DNA of 63,576 nucleotides from contig JAHQWH010000006.1 of NCBI GenBank assembly GCA_029856105.1, positions 1-63,576 of the forward strand, given 5' to 3'. The first letter of the stretch is position 1; the number at the start of each line of letters is the position of its first letter. The stretch is from Promethearchaeia archaeon (GTDB lineage: Archaea; Asgardarchaeota; Lokiarchaeia; Sigyniarchaeales; SOKP01). Shown in pieces: positions 29,956 through 40,508 of the stretch. Below the pieces are notes generated by a model. That model worked only from the letters and a program-made list of their open reading frames with translations, was not told the DNA's origin and did not search any database. A program made the position numbers and the translations under genes.

Positions 29956-32922
29956 TTATCTTGATTTATATTCATGCCGCTCAATAAATTCTAATTGCAT
30001 GTTATTATTTAATTTCGTGAAATATGCGTTATATCCTGAAACTCTAACTAAAAGCCAGCGATAATCAATTGGGTTAGCCATCGCATCTCTTAATGTATCA
30101 GTGGACACGACATTAAATTGCCACTGCATCCCATTCAAATCAAAAAAGCTTTGCACATAGCTTGTAAAGAGATCTAACGTTTCTTCATGTGTATCTCCAG
30201 AATGAGGTATTAATTTAACGTTATAAGATGCGTTGTTTGCCATTTTCAAATAATCTAAGCTCGCAACACTTTGAATACTTGGTAATAGGATATCCGTTGT
30301 ACCCGGGGCGGGAGTTAATCCCGGTGTTAAAGATTTACCTTTTTTTCTACCTGAGGGCAAGGCGCCAGTAAGCATTCCAAACCCTGCGTGGTAACTAATA
30401 GACCAATATCCCACTAAGTATTTACCCCCTCTATAATTATCAGTAGAATGATAAACATCGTAGCAAAAGTCAATTAAATCTTGAGCAAGTTCGACAGTAC
30501 CTTTTTCGCCAGACCCGAATTTTGGAACTTGTTCTATGTTGTGTAGAATGGATTCATAACCATTCTCAAAGTTATTTTCAATGGCATCCATCAACGTAGT
30601 AAAGGTCAATTCTTTTTTCTTGTAGATGAGATCTCTTACAACTAATAGGCTATCAACCACGTCTGTCAATGCCACTAAAGCAACTCCTGATGTATTATAA
30701 ATAGCCCCTCCTTGAATAAGATCTTTGCCTTGTTCTAAAGGACCCTCAAAAAACCCAGATAATAACGGTGTAGGGTGTATATACTTATGGGCTTCCCCTA
30801 AATAATTATTTATTTCAATTGATTTTTCTGCTAAATATTTGAGTTGAGTTTTATAAGCATTAAGAAAGTCCTCGAATGTCGGGAAAGATGTTCGAACATC
30901 ACCCGTTTCAGGACCTACTTTTTCTCCGGTTAAAGGTATGAATCCATTATTTAACGTAATTTCTAATGGTGCGACTAAATTTAAAAGCATACAATTCGTA
31001 TGACCATAATGTTTACCTACAATTGTGGGTTCTACACAACCTGTAGCCGCCCAATCTCTTGCGTCTTCAATTGAGAATTCTTCATGGACCAATGCTTCAA
31101 TCATAGTTCTATCGTTATGAATACTAGGCGAAGCGCCCATATTGACATTTACTTCACACAATCGTCTTAGATACTCCTTTGAATTAATACCAGAATAATA
31201 TCTAGCATTCATATTGGGATCCTGAAAACCCAGCATTTCATTTGTTTTTAATATAATAAAACTCATATCGTTTACGGCATTTTTACCGTCTCTATCTACG
31301 CCTCCAATAGTTACCGTGTCGTCAGAGGAGCTCCCCCCGAATAATTTCCAACCTACATTCGGCATTACCGGATCGTGATCGTTTATCCTCAAAAATAACG
31401 ATCCTACAAGTTCTATAGCTTTTTTTACAATTTGATTTCTTTCTTCATCATTTGCAGCTTTTTCTATTTCTTTTAAAAAGAAAGGTTGTAACATTTGATC
31501 AAGCCGACCAATTGATAAAGCCGAATTTGCATTTTCACAGTGAAGACAAACAAAACTAGTCCAAATTGATTGAACGGCTTCATATATTGTTTCTGCTGGT
31601 TTAGCAGGGACTTTAGCACATATTCTAGAGAGTTCCTTCAATTCCTCTATGCGAGTTTCTTGATCTGGATTAGTTTGTTCTAAATTATTAGCAGCTCTAA
31701 GGGCTTCTTCACTTAAATGTTTAGAATACGCTAGAACCCCATCGATTGCAATTTGAATTGCCTTATAAAAATTTTGCTTTTCAGTTGTATCCGCTTTTAT
31801 TTCCATTTTATTGGCTTTGTTCTTCACGCTTTCTAATCCTTCATTAAGCACCATTGGAAATCCCGGAACGGTATGGCTAATGGCGTTATTTTTCATCATG
31901 AAATAAAAAACCCACCCTTCTTCTAAATGTTGCGAGAATGGATCGTTGTTTTTTGCTCTACAATATTCTCTTACATTCCGCTCCATCCAATAGGGAAACA
32001 CTTCCAAACTTAATATATCCGCATCTTTATCTGAGATATCGTTAGGATTAAGCTCACGTTCACCAATAGTTTTTAATTCAGGCCAAATACCCGTCGCGAT
32101 AAGTTCTGGATACAAGGGGATGCCTACTTCTTTTGAAGTAGTTGAGCCTGCTATGAGATGTTTATCGTGAATTATTGGTTTTTTATTTGACATTATATGA
32201 TTTACTGCTCTTGCCTGGCGCAATTCGGGATCAATCGGATTTCCTGAATTATCTACTTCAAAACCATTCTCTCTATGATATTCTGTCAAATGTTTTGCTC
32301 TTTCAATACATACCACTGGTTTTAAGGCAAACCGTCTATTCTTCAAATATTTTAAGCGTGGAAAATCATCTAAAGTATATTTTGACAAGTAAGGATCTTC
32401 TAAAACTTGAACATTATCGATCTTACGATTTAAGCTCTCGTTCCTTAGTTTTCTGCTCTTTTCTCCCTTATCAATATCTTCGATAGGATATATTAATCGA
32501 TTTTCTGGACCTTTATAGTCCTTTTTTTTAGGAGCAGTCACAAGTGAAGTAAGATAAGAGAATTTAGTAAGGTAAGACATGTTTCCTATATACCCCATTT
32601 CATTTGTCAAAAGATAATCAAGAGATTCTTCGGCACTTTTATTATAGAGATTAGCCAAAGTCTCTTTATCTTTATAGTAAATTGTTATGTTTGGATCTTC
32701 AATTTTTCCCTCACCGACCGTCATTTTTCCATCTTTAAATATTACGTATACATCGACTTCATCATCTTTTGTAGTAAACTGATATTTAGCATTAAAAACA
32801 AATCCTGTTTTTTCGTTAGATATCTCTTTACGCATTTTTCTGCGAGTATCGAATATCATTGCTAGTAAATTTAATTGCTCTTTAAAATTTTCAACCTCTT
32901 TATCAATTTCTAATTCATTCAT
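29956..32922 (-). CDS. glycyl-radical enzyme (PFL2/eliminase-like) with N-terminal SCP2 domain
   Basis: GRLDQ, ATGCVEP Cys loop, PKFG, QFNV, LLVRVSGY Gly loop. N-terminal about 125 aa (FNAKYQF...VIFKDGKMTVGEG.IEDPNITI...GNM) looks like SCP2. Confidence 0.92.
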   Translation of the reverse strand: MNELEIDKEVENFKEQLNLLAMIFDTRRKMRKEISNEKTGFVFNAKYQFTTKDDEVDVYVIFKDGKMTVGEGKIEDPNITIYYKDKETLANLYNKSAEESLDYLLTNEMGYIGNMSYLTKFSYLTSLVTAPKKKDYKGPENRLIYPIEDIDKGEKSRKLRNESLNRKIDNVQVLEDPYLSKYTLDDFPRLKYLKNRRFALKPVVCIERAKHLTEYHRENGFEVDNSGNPIDPELRQARAVNHIMSNKKPIIHDKHLIAGSTTSKEVGIPLYPELIATGIWPELKTIGERELNPNDISDKDADILSLEVFPYWMERNVREYCRAKNNDPFSQHLEEGWVFYFMMKNNAISHTVPGFPMVLNEGLESVKNKANKMEIKADTTEKQNFYKAIQIAIDGVLAYSKHLSEEALRAANNLEQTNPDQETRIEELKELSRICAKVPAKPAETIYEAVQSIWTSFVCLHCENANSALSIGRLDQMLQPFFLKEIEKAANDEERNQIVKKAIELVGSLFLRINDHDPVMPNVGWKLFGGSSSDDTVTIGGVDRDGKNAVNDMSFIILKTNEMLGFQDPNMNARYYSGINSKEYLRRLCEVNVNMGASPSIHNDRTMIEALVHEEFSIEDARDWAATGCVEPTIVGKHYGHTNCMLLNLVAPLEITLNNGFIPLTGEKVGPETGDVRTSFPTFEDFLNAYKTQLKYLAEKSIEINNYLGEAHKYIHPTPLLSGFFEGPLEQGKDLIQGGAIYNTSGVALVALTDVVDSLLVVRDLIYKKKELTFTTLMDAIENNFENGYESILHNIEQVPKFGSGEKGTVELAQDLIDFCYDVYHSTDNYRGGKYLVGYWSISYHAGFGMLTGALPSGRKKGKSLTPGLTPAPGTTDILLPSIQSVASLDYLKMANNASYNVKLIPHSGDTHEETLDLFTSYVQSFFDLNGMQWQFNVVSTDTLRDAMANPIDYRWLLVRVSGYNAYFTKLNNNMQLEFIERHEYKSR

Positions 32923-33200
32923 ATTAATTATCTCTTTAGAATTCGAAAATTTCTTATTTTAAATTGGCACTAATATAATTCTTTTCTCTTAAGACTTTTA
33001 TAGTTATTTTTTTTTATTAAAAATTATATCTCTTTGTCAAATAATATAGCATACTCTTTTTTTAAAGTTTGATCTTTCCACAATTAAATCAATATATTCT
33101 AAATTTTGATTGACTAAATGATAACAGAATAATATATTAATAGATGCAAAAATATATTGAACTAATATTGTTTTTTTTTGAAAAATGAGGAGAATTTAAA

Positions 33201-34769
33201 ATGAGTAATGAGAGTATTGAACAAGTAATTAGTGAAACTTATGATGCTGTAATAATTGGCGCTGGTAATGGTGGTTTAATTGCCGCCGCAGAATTAGCAA
33301 TGAGAGGCGTTAAAATACTGCTTTTAGAACAACATAACTTACCGGGAGGATTTGCCTCTAGCTTTGTAAGGGGAAGGTTTGAGTTTGAGACTTCACTTCA
33401 TGAACTTTATGATTATGGGCCTTCATCAGATAAGGGCGGTACTAGAAGATTATTAGAAAAATATAAACTAGATTCAGAGTTTGTAGAAGTTCCTGAGGCA
33501 TATAGGTTAATTTTAACGGACCCAGATGAAGGAGTTGATGTAGTAATGCCTTTTGGAATTGATTCTTATCTTGATACTATGGAAAAAGAGGTCCCCGGAA
33601 GTAAAGAATCGGTAAGTAAATTTTTTGACCTAGCACAAGACATTAATAGGGCAACTGCCTATATAGGCCAGTCAAAAGGAAATCCCGATCAGAATGTTTT
33701 ACTAAAGGAGCATTCAAATTTTCTTAAAACTACAGCTTATTCCGTGGAAGATGTTCAAAATGCCCTTAATATGCCAGAAAAAGCGAGGAGTATTCTTAAC
33801 GCGTATTGGGTTTATTTAGGAGTTCCAACAAGTAGAGTGAATTTTACGATCTTTGCTTCTATGGTTTATGGTTATATTTTGAAAGGTGCTTATATTCCAA
33901 AATTTCGATCTCACGACTACACTACCGCTCTAGATACAAGGATTAGAGAATTAGGAGGTAAAATCGAATATAACACGACAGTAGAAAAAATATTGGTTGA
34001 AGACGGTAAAGTTGTCGGAGTTGAAACATCTAAAGGAGATAAGATTAAAACGAATCATATAGTTTGCAACGCTTCCCCCACGCTTACTTATAACAAATTA
34101 ATACATCCTAAATCAGAAGTTCCAGAAATTGCTTATAAGGAAATAAATGCGAGACGGCATGGAGTTTCTACATTTGTTGTTTATTTGGGTTTAGATGCAA
34201 CGGCCGATGAATTAGGACTCAAAGATTATAGTTACTTTATTTATAACAACAAGAATACTGAAGTACTTTACGAATCTTTGAACAATCTTGAAACGCCTGG
34301 GGTTCAAGCAACAATTTGTTTAAATAATGCAATCCCAGATTGCTCACCTCCAGGTACGTGTATTATTTCGATTACAACTGCTTTTCTACCGGGAGTATGG
34401 GACGATGTAAAGCCCGAAGATTACTTTACATTAAAAAATAAAATCGCGGAAGACCTTATTAACACTTTTGAAAAAACTACTGGTGCTCCAATAAAGGAAC
34501 ATATTGAAGAGATTGAAGTTGCTACGCCTCAAACCATTTCAAGATTTACCAGAGCTTATAATGGAGTAGTATATGGATACGAACCAGATTCTTGGGATTC
34601 TTTTGTCCCACGCTTGATGACGATGAATGACGAAAAGCATATTGAGGGTCTTGAATTTTGTGGAGGTTTTGGTAAAAGATGTCACGGATATAGTAGTGCT
34701 TTAAAGGATGGAGAAACTGCTGCGTTACTAACTTTACAAGATTTACATAAAAAAGGTGAGTTAAAATGA
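33201..34769 (+). CDS. phytoene desaturase (CrtI)/RetSat-family FAD oxidoreductase
   Basis: IIGAGNGGL...LEQHNLPGG..SSF.RG.FEFE..LH, S.FVVYLG, ATPQT..RFT...G.VYG. Confidence 0.85.
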   Translation: MSNESIEQVISETYDAVIIGAGNGGLIAAAELAMRGVKILLLEQHNLPGGFASSFVRGRFEFETSLHELYDYGPSSDKGGTRRLLEKYKLDSEFVEVPEAYRLILTDPDEGVDVVMPFGIDSYLDTMEKEVPGSKESVSKFFDLAQDINRATAYIGQSKGNPDQNVLLKEHSNFLKTTAYSVEDVQNALNMPEKARSILNAYWVYLGVPTSRVNFTIFASMVYGYILKGAYIPKFRSHDYTTALDTRIRELGGKIEYNTTVEKILVEDGKVVGVETSKGDKIKTNHIVCNASPTLTYNKLIHPKSEVPEIAYKEINARRHGVSTFVVYLGLDATADELGLKDYSYFIYNNKNTEVLYESLNNLETPGVQATICLNNAIPDCSPPGTCIISITTAFLPGVWDDVKPEDYFTLKNKIAEDLINTFEKTTGAPIKEHIEEIEVATPQTISRFTRAYNGVVYGYEPDSWDSFVPRLMTMNDEKHIEGLEFCGGFGKRCHGYSSALKDGETAALLTLQDLHKKGELK

Positions 34770-35995
34770 GCGAAGAGAAAAAGAAATTTGATATAGTTGT
34801 CAAAAGCAACACAAGAGATTTATTTGCGTTTACAAAATTAGTCCCAAAACGAAAAAAGAAGTTCGAAAAGGCATCTAGTGAACCGATAACAAAGGACCCA
34901 ATGAATGAACTCGCAGTGAGAATTCATCCTATAAGACAATACTTAGTAATCAATGAAATCAAAGACGAAACAAAATCTACTAAAACTTTTAAACTCACAC
35001 CTGATCCCGATTCAAACACAAATGAATTGGCTTATTTTAGAGGGGGTCAATATTTAAGCTTGAAGGTGCAAGTCAATGGAGTTGCAATCACAAGACCTTA
35101 TTCAATAGCTTCTTCTCCTTCGGATGCATTAAAAGGTTTCTATGAAATTACGATTAGAAAGGAAGAACTCGGATTTTTAACTGAATATATATGGGATAGC
35201 TGGAAAGTAGGAACTAAGGTTGAAAGTTCCGGGCCAGAGGGATTCTTTTTTTACGAGTCTCTTAGAGATTTAAAACAGATAGTCGGTCTTGCAGGAGGAT
35301 CAGGAATTACGCCATTCCGCTCCATCGCTAAAGAAATTATTGAGGGTAAATTAGATGCAAAGTTAACTTTGATGTATGGAAGTAGCGAAGAAGACGATAT
35401 CATTTATTACAACGAATTTAAAGAGCTTGAAAAGAAGTACTCCGAAAAAATTAAAGTTGTATATATTTTAAGTTGTGAAGAAGTTACACTCGAAGGATGT
35501 GAATTGGGCTTTTTAACTTCTGATATTATAGAAAAATATTGCGATGTAAACAGTAGCTCTTTTTTTATCTGTGGACCACAAGTTATGTATAATTTTGTTG
35601 AAAAAGAATTAGAAAAGTTCAATTTACCTCATAAACGCGTCCGTAGAGAAGCATTTGGTGAAATCAAAGATGTCCTAAGTAATCCAGACTTCCCTCAAGA
35701 TGTAGCTGATAAGGTATTTATGGTTAAGACTCACATTGGAAGTTTGATTAAAGAAATACCAGCAAAGGCAACCGAATCCGTCCTTGTTGCTCTAGAACGG
35801 GCAAAATTAAATCCACCATCAAAATGCCGCTCTGGCGAATGTGGGTTCTGTCGTTCACTTCTTATTTCTGGTGATGTATATGTAAGTCCTGTTTCTGATT
35901 GGAGAAAAGCTGGGGATAAGAAATTTAACTATTTCCATCCATGCGCATCCTACCCAATTACAGATCTCGAAATTAAAATTCCAAGAACATTATAA
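34766..35995 (+). CDS. FNR-type FAD/NAD(P)H reductase with C-terminal [2Fe-2S] domain
   Basis: RPYSIAS, GPEGFF, AGGSGITP, ICGP, CRSGECGFC...C; ATGA overlap with upstream gene. Confidence 0.9.
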   Translation: MSEEKKKFDIVVKSNTRDLFAFTKLVPKRKKKFEKASSEPITKDPMNELAVRIHPIRQYLVINEIKDETKSTKTFKLTPDPDSNTNELAYFRGGQYLSLKVQVNGVAITRPYSIASSPSDALKGFYEITIRKEELGFLTEYIWDSWKVGTKVESSGPEGFFFYESLRDLKQIVGLAGGSGITPFRSIAKEIIEGKLDAKLTLMYGSSEEDDIIYYNEFKELEKKYSEKIKVVYILSCEEVTLEGCELGFLTSDIIEKYCDVNSSSFFICGPQVMYNFVEKELEKFNLPHKRVRREAFGEIKDVLSNPDFPQDVADKVFMVKTHIGSLIKEIPAKATESVLVALERAKLNPPSKCRSGECGFCRSLLISGDVYVSPVSDWRKAGDKKFNYFHPCASYPITDLEIKIPRTL

Positions 35996-36047
35996 ATAAC
36001 CAATTTTTTTTCTTTTTTATAGTAAAAATTAATCAAAGTGAATTTTT

Positions 36048-37526
36048 ATGGTAAATGCGATATTAATTGTACTTGATACACTAAGACAAGATCATGTTGG
36101 ATGTTATGGTAATACTTGGATAAAAACACCTCATTTAGACAAGTTTGCCAAAGAATCCGTGAAATTTACACGAATGTACCCAGAGTCATTACCGACACTC
36201 CCGGCACGAAAAGCCATCTATACTGGAAAACGTGTTTTTCCTTTTACGGATGACAAGCTTGGAAAGACAAAATCTGGACGGGGAGATTTTATCGCTGATG
36301 CTCTCGGCGCACCTGGTTGGGGTTCCATTTCAGAATCTCATGATACTCTAGCAGAGCGATTCAATCGTAAGAAGTATGTTTCAGCTTTATTTTCCGATGT
36401 TTATCATCAATTTAAACCGGGATATAATTTTAATCGTGGATTTCATCAATGGAAATGGATCCGTGGGCAAGAAGAAGATGCATATCTATCTGGACCACGA
36501 ATCTCCGACGATATTCTTAAAGAATATCTCACTTCCAAAGGGGATGGAATAATAGCAGGTACGATATTTGGCCAACATATGATGCGTCGATTCCTTCAAA
36601 ATGTACGCTGGTGGCGCTCCGAAGCTGACACTTTTACATCTCAAGTGTTTCGCGCAGCTGGGGAATGGCTGGATATGAATTATGATACTCTAATAAAAGG
36701 AAAAGGATTTATAACAGTGGAGTCATTTGACCCACACGAACCTTGGAATCCGCCGCCTCATTACATTCGACTATACGAAAAAGATCCTGATTGGGAAAAG
36801 GGATGTCGAAAAATATCACACTCGATTTATGGACCAGCGAGCATGCTTTCCGAAAAGGAACTCAAAAATTTAAGAACACGATATGCCGCAGAAGTGTCGC
36901 TCGTGGACACATGGTTTGGATATTTCATAGAATATATCAAACGGATCGGTATCTGGGATGATTCAATCATTGTGGTAGTTTCCGATCACGGCCACATGCT
37001 AGGAGAACACGGATTTATAGCAAAAGCTGCCAACCCGCTTAGACGTGAAGTCGCTGATCTTGTCGCTATGATCCGATTTCCAGAAGGCGAAAATAGTGGT
37101 ACAACCTGTAATAAGTTTTGTTATCATCATGACATCACCACCACTATCTGTGAAGCCTGCGGTATTTCTACGAATAATTTAGATGGTAAGGACCTATTGA
37201 AATTGGTTCAAGATGAGGAATTGACGTATTACGATCACATTTCGATAGCTTGGGGTGGCTCTGTAGTAGTTTACGATGGAAATTTTTGGTATAATGGGTA
37301 TGTGTGGGACACGGAAGGAGGAAGTCTATTTGATGTCAATAAAGACCCCAGATTAACTGAGGATATTATTTTAGAGGCTCCCGATAAGGCAAAAGAACTA
37401 TTAAAGCTTTGTTGGGAGGATGCGCGAGAACCAATTGATATGGAATTTATGCGAAAATTCAAGGACTTATTAGGATGTACACCAGTTGCCAAAAAACTTA
37501 CGAAACAAGATAAAAAAGAAGTTTAA
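36048..37526 (+). CDS. sulfatase/alkaline-phosphatase superfamily hydrolase with Thr at the nucleophile position
   Basis: LDTLRQDH, TPHLD, PTLPARKAIYTG, FDPHEPW, SDHG. Confidence 0.88.
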   Translation: MVNAILIVLDTLRQDHVGCYGNTWIKTPHLDKFAKESVKFTRMYPESLPTLPARKAIYTGKRVFPFTDDKLGKTKSGRGDFIADALGAPGWGSISESHDTLAERFNRKKYVSALFSDVYHQFKPGYNFNRGFHQWKWIRGQEEDAYLSGPRISDDILKEYLTSKGDGIIAGTIFGQHMMRRFLQNVRWWRSEADTFTSQVFRAAGEWLDMNYDTLIKGKGFITVESFDPHEPWNPPPHYIRLYEKDPDWEKGCRKISHSIYGPASMLSEKELKNLRTRYAAEVSLVDTWFGYFIEYIKRIGIWDDSIIVVVSDHGHMLGEHGFIAKAANPLRREVADLVAMIRFPEGENSGTTCNKFCYHHDITTTICEACGISTNNLDGKDLLKLVQDEELTYYDHISIAWGGSVVVYDGNFWYNGYVWDTEGGSLFDVNKDPRLTEDIILEAPDKAKELLKLCWEDAREPIDMEFMRKFKDLLGCTPVAKKLTKQDKKEV

Positions 37527-37719
37527 TTAAAGTTTTATGTTATTTACGAAAATATAATATTAATTAATTAATATTCCAAGACATCTCTAAAAATTTTTTA
37601 TATATATCTATTTTATTTCTTTTTATTTAATTGCCAAATATTTATTTCTCAGTATTTCTTTAAGTTTTTTAATCTACTTCTAAAGAAATAAATTATTATC
37701 TAGAGAAATAAAGAAAGTA

Positions 37720-39162
37720 ATGGACATAAAAATTAAATTGGGAATTATTGCTTTTTTCATAATCCTAATTCAGTCAAGTTTAAAACTACTAGGGGTAATC
37801 CTAACGGGAAGTCTTAGTTTTTTATCTGAAACTGTTGATACGCTTACTGATTTTTTTTTTATTTTTCTAACAATTTATTCTCTGTATATAAGTCAAAAGC
37901 CCCCAGATTTCGAACATATGTACGGACACTCCAAGATTGATTCAATAGGAGGATTGATTCAAGGGATTATATTGATAAATCTTTATTGTATTCTTATTTA
38001 TTTAGCTGTTCAAACAATACTAACCAAAGCGTATGGTATAATGAATCCTGATTTAGGGTTTCAATTACTAATTATTTCGTTCATTATTAATTTAACTTTT
38101 TCTAGGATTTTAATGTGGCAAGGAAAGAAACGGAGTAGCTTATCAATTAAAATTTTGGGTTTAAATTTATTCCAAGATTCTCTTAGAGCGATTGTAGTTA
38201 TGATTAATTTCATTTTAGCTCTCTTTTTCAGTATCCAATTTTTAGACCCATTTTTTAGTATTGGTCTCTCTTTGTGGATTATATTCACCGCGTTTAAGCT
38301 TTCAAAAGAAGGCATTAAAGATTTAATTGATGAAAATCCCATAAGTTATCTTATTTTAGAAGAAATCAAAGAAAAGGTTTTTAACCTCGATCACGTTAAT
38401 GGCGTTGAAGAATTAAAAGTCAGAATTGGCGGAAATACGTTATTTTTAGACGTTCGCTTATCTGTTGAAGATCATATATCTGTTGTTCATGCAAATGAAA
38501 TTACACAAGCAATTCATACATTGAGTAAAAAATATTTTTCGTCGTATAATGTAGAATCCATAGTTGAGATGAATCCTTTAAGTGGTGAATCTTCAATAGG
38601 TGAAGAGATAATTAACTTACTTTATTCAATGAAAAGTGAATTTAATGAGATTTCAGATTTCAGGAATTTAAACGTTTTCAGAATAGAAAATAAATACTTT
38701 TTATCTGTAGCAATAGTAGTTGACGAGAATTTATCACTAGAAGAAGCTCACGAATTAAGTAATATGTTTGAAAATCAACTAAAGGAACAAGTTCCGTCTA
38801 TAGCACGAATAACTACTCATATAGAAGCAGAAGCAAAGATACAAAAATTAGTAGCTGATCACTTAGTCTGTACTCCTATTGATCCTCAAAAGAAAAGAAC
38901 CATCCAGATTACTTTAGAAAGCTTATTAAAAAGTGTTCCAGAAGTTAAAGGATATCATGGTTTAGAATTTTGGGCAGCACTTGATTTTTGTGCCCTCGAA
39001 CTCCATGTTTTTTTTGATGGATCCTTAAACATCTCGAAAGTTCATAATATAGTTTCAAATTTAGAGCAACAAATAAAAGAATCATTAAAAATTGAAAATC
39101 TAACAGAAATTATAATCCATTCCGAACCTTTAGAAGGTCGAACAGACGGAACTTTTTTTTAA
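37720..39162 (+). CDS. cation diffusion facilitator with three C-terminal dimerisation domains
   Basis: TGSLSFLSE..D, PPDFEHMYGHSKID; three repeats ending in HxE-like motifs. Confidence 0.88.
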   Translation: MDIKIKLGIIAFFIILIQSSLKLLGVILTGSLSFLSETVDTLTDFFFIFLTIYSLYISQKPPDFEHMYGHSKIDSIGGLIQGIILINLYCILIYLAVQTILTKAYGIMNPDLGFQLLIISFIINLTFSRILMWQGKKRSSLSIKILGLNLFQDSLRAIVVMINFILALFFSIQFLDPFFSIGLSLWIIFTAFKLSKEGIKDLIDENPISYLILEEIKEKVFNLDHVNGVEELKVRIGGNTLFLDVRLSVEDHISVVHANEITQAIHTLSKKYFSSYNVESIVEMNPLSGESSIGEEIINLLYSMKSEFNEISDFRNLNVFRIENKYFLSVAIVVDENLSLEEAHELSNMFENQLKEQVPSIARITTHIEAEAKIQKLVADHLVCTPIDPQKKRTIQITLESLLKSVPEVKGYHGLEFWAALDFCALELHVFFDGSLNISKVHNIVSNLEQQIKESLKIENLTEIIIHSEPLEGRTDGTFF

Positions 39163-39163
39163 T

Positions 39164-40306
39164 TCAAAATGGAAAATTATAGCTAAATAAACCTAGTTCT
39201 TTTTGCATTGTTTTAATATCTTCTTGTAAGCTTTTGTTAATTGGAATGCCTTGTTTTTTTCTTACTTTTTCAGAATAATATTCTTTTTCTCCAGCAGTAT
39301 ATATTCGATTTTTACCAGGTGCTTTCTTAGAGTTTCTAAGAGTTCTCATAATAGTCCCAGTAGTTCGATTAAACATTTTCAAGGGAGTAAAGTGGTTTAC
39401 ATTTATTGCTAAAAAGAAGTGCCCAACTTTTAAGCGTTTTTGGTCTTCTTCGATAATTCCTGCTGTATCTTTAAGGAATATTCCATTTTGTAACGCTGAT
39501 GATAAAATTTCTACTAGTGTAGCATATCCAAAACCCTTATAACCTGATTTATTTTCGCCTTCACCGCCTAGCGGTAAAAGAGCTGCAGTACTATCTTCTA
39601 AATTTTTTAATGTTTCTTGAGGATCGTTTTGCGTTCCTCCATTCTTGGTTATGATTACTCCTTCAGGAAGCGGTTTTTGCTCTCTATTATAAACTTCTAT
39701 CTTACCCCTTTGAATAATTGAGGTTGCACAATCAATCATAAAAGGAAATTCTTCGTCTGTTGGTACCCCCGCAGTCAATGGATTTGTACCTAACATTGGT
39801 TCTACACCAAATGTTGGAGGGACAGCAGGTCTAGCGTTAGTGGTTGTAATCCCTATCATTCCTTCTTTTGTAGCCATGAGAGAATAATAGCCCGCAATCC
39901 CAAAATGCGTAGAATTCCTAACTGCAACAGCTCCGAGTCCATATTTTTTGGCTTTTTGAATCGCTAATTTCATAGCATTATAACCTATAATCGGTCCTAA
40001 CCCACATCCTCCATCAATAACCGCAGTTGTAGGACCTTTTTTAACGATCTTTATCTTTGTTTTTGTATTATAAATTCCTTTTATAATCCTATCGTAATAC
40101 ATCTTACATCTCTGAATACCATGCGAATCTATTCCTCTTAGATCGGATGTAATTAATACATCTGCAATTATTTCAGAATCCGCTTTATTTACATTAAGAC
40201 CAACGAACACATCTCTAATAAAATTCTTGAGAGTCTTAATATCTATGTAAATAATATCACTAAATAAGGGTACTACTTCATTTTTTGTACTTGTCATATA
40301 GACCAC
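39164..40306 (-). CDS. Ldh_2-family (malate/L-lactate/L-sulfolactate) dehydrogenase, copy 1
   Basis: DLRGIDSHG, RNSTHFG, GTNPL, DCATS, GYKGFG. Confidence 0.92.
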   Translation of the reverse strand: MVYMTSTKNEVVPLFSDIIYIDIKTLKNFIRDVFVGLNVNKADSEIIADVLITSDLRGIDSHGIQRCKMYYDRIIKGIYNTKTKIKIVKKGPTTAVIDGGCGLGPIIGYNAMKLAIQKAKKYGLGAVAVRNSTHFGIAGYYSLMATKEGMIGITTTNARPAVPPTFGVEPMLGTNPLTAGVPTDEEFPFMIDCATSIIQRGKIEVYNREQKPLPEGVIITKNGGTQNDPQETLKNLEDSTAALLPLGGEGENKSGYKGFGYATLVEILSSALQNGIFLKDTAGIIEEDQKRLKVGHFFLAINVNHFTPLKMFNRTTGTIMRTLRNSKKAPGKNRIYTAGEKEYYSEKVRKKQGIPINKSLQEDIKTMQKELGLFSYNFPF

Positions 40307-40508
40307 TTTGAATGCAATAGAATTTTATTAGAATTCCTTCTATTTAATTAAAATCATATTGAATATAAGTTGAAAGTTCGTGTAACTCTAATCTTAATAA
40401 TTTTTAGCGATTTTTTTGATAATTTTATAGAAAAAGTGTTAGAAATTTATTGAAAAATTAGCTGAAAATAAAAAATTAAATAATAATTATTAATTTATTG
40501 TATTAGCC

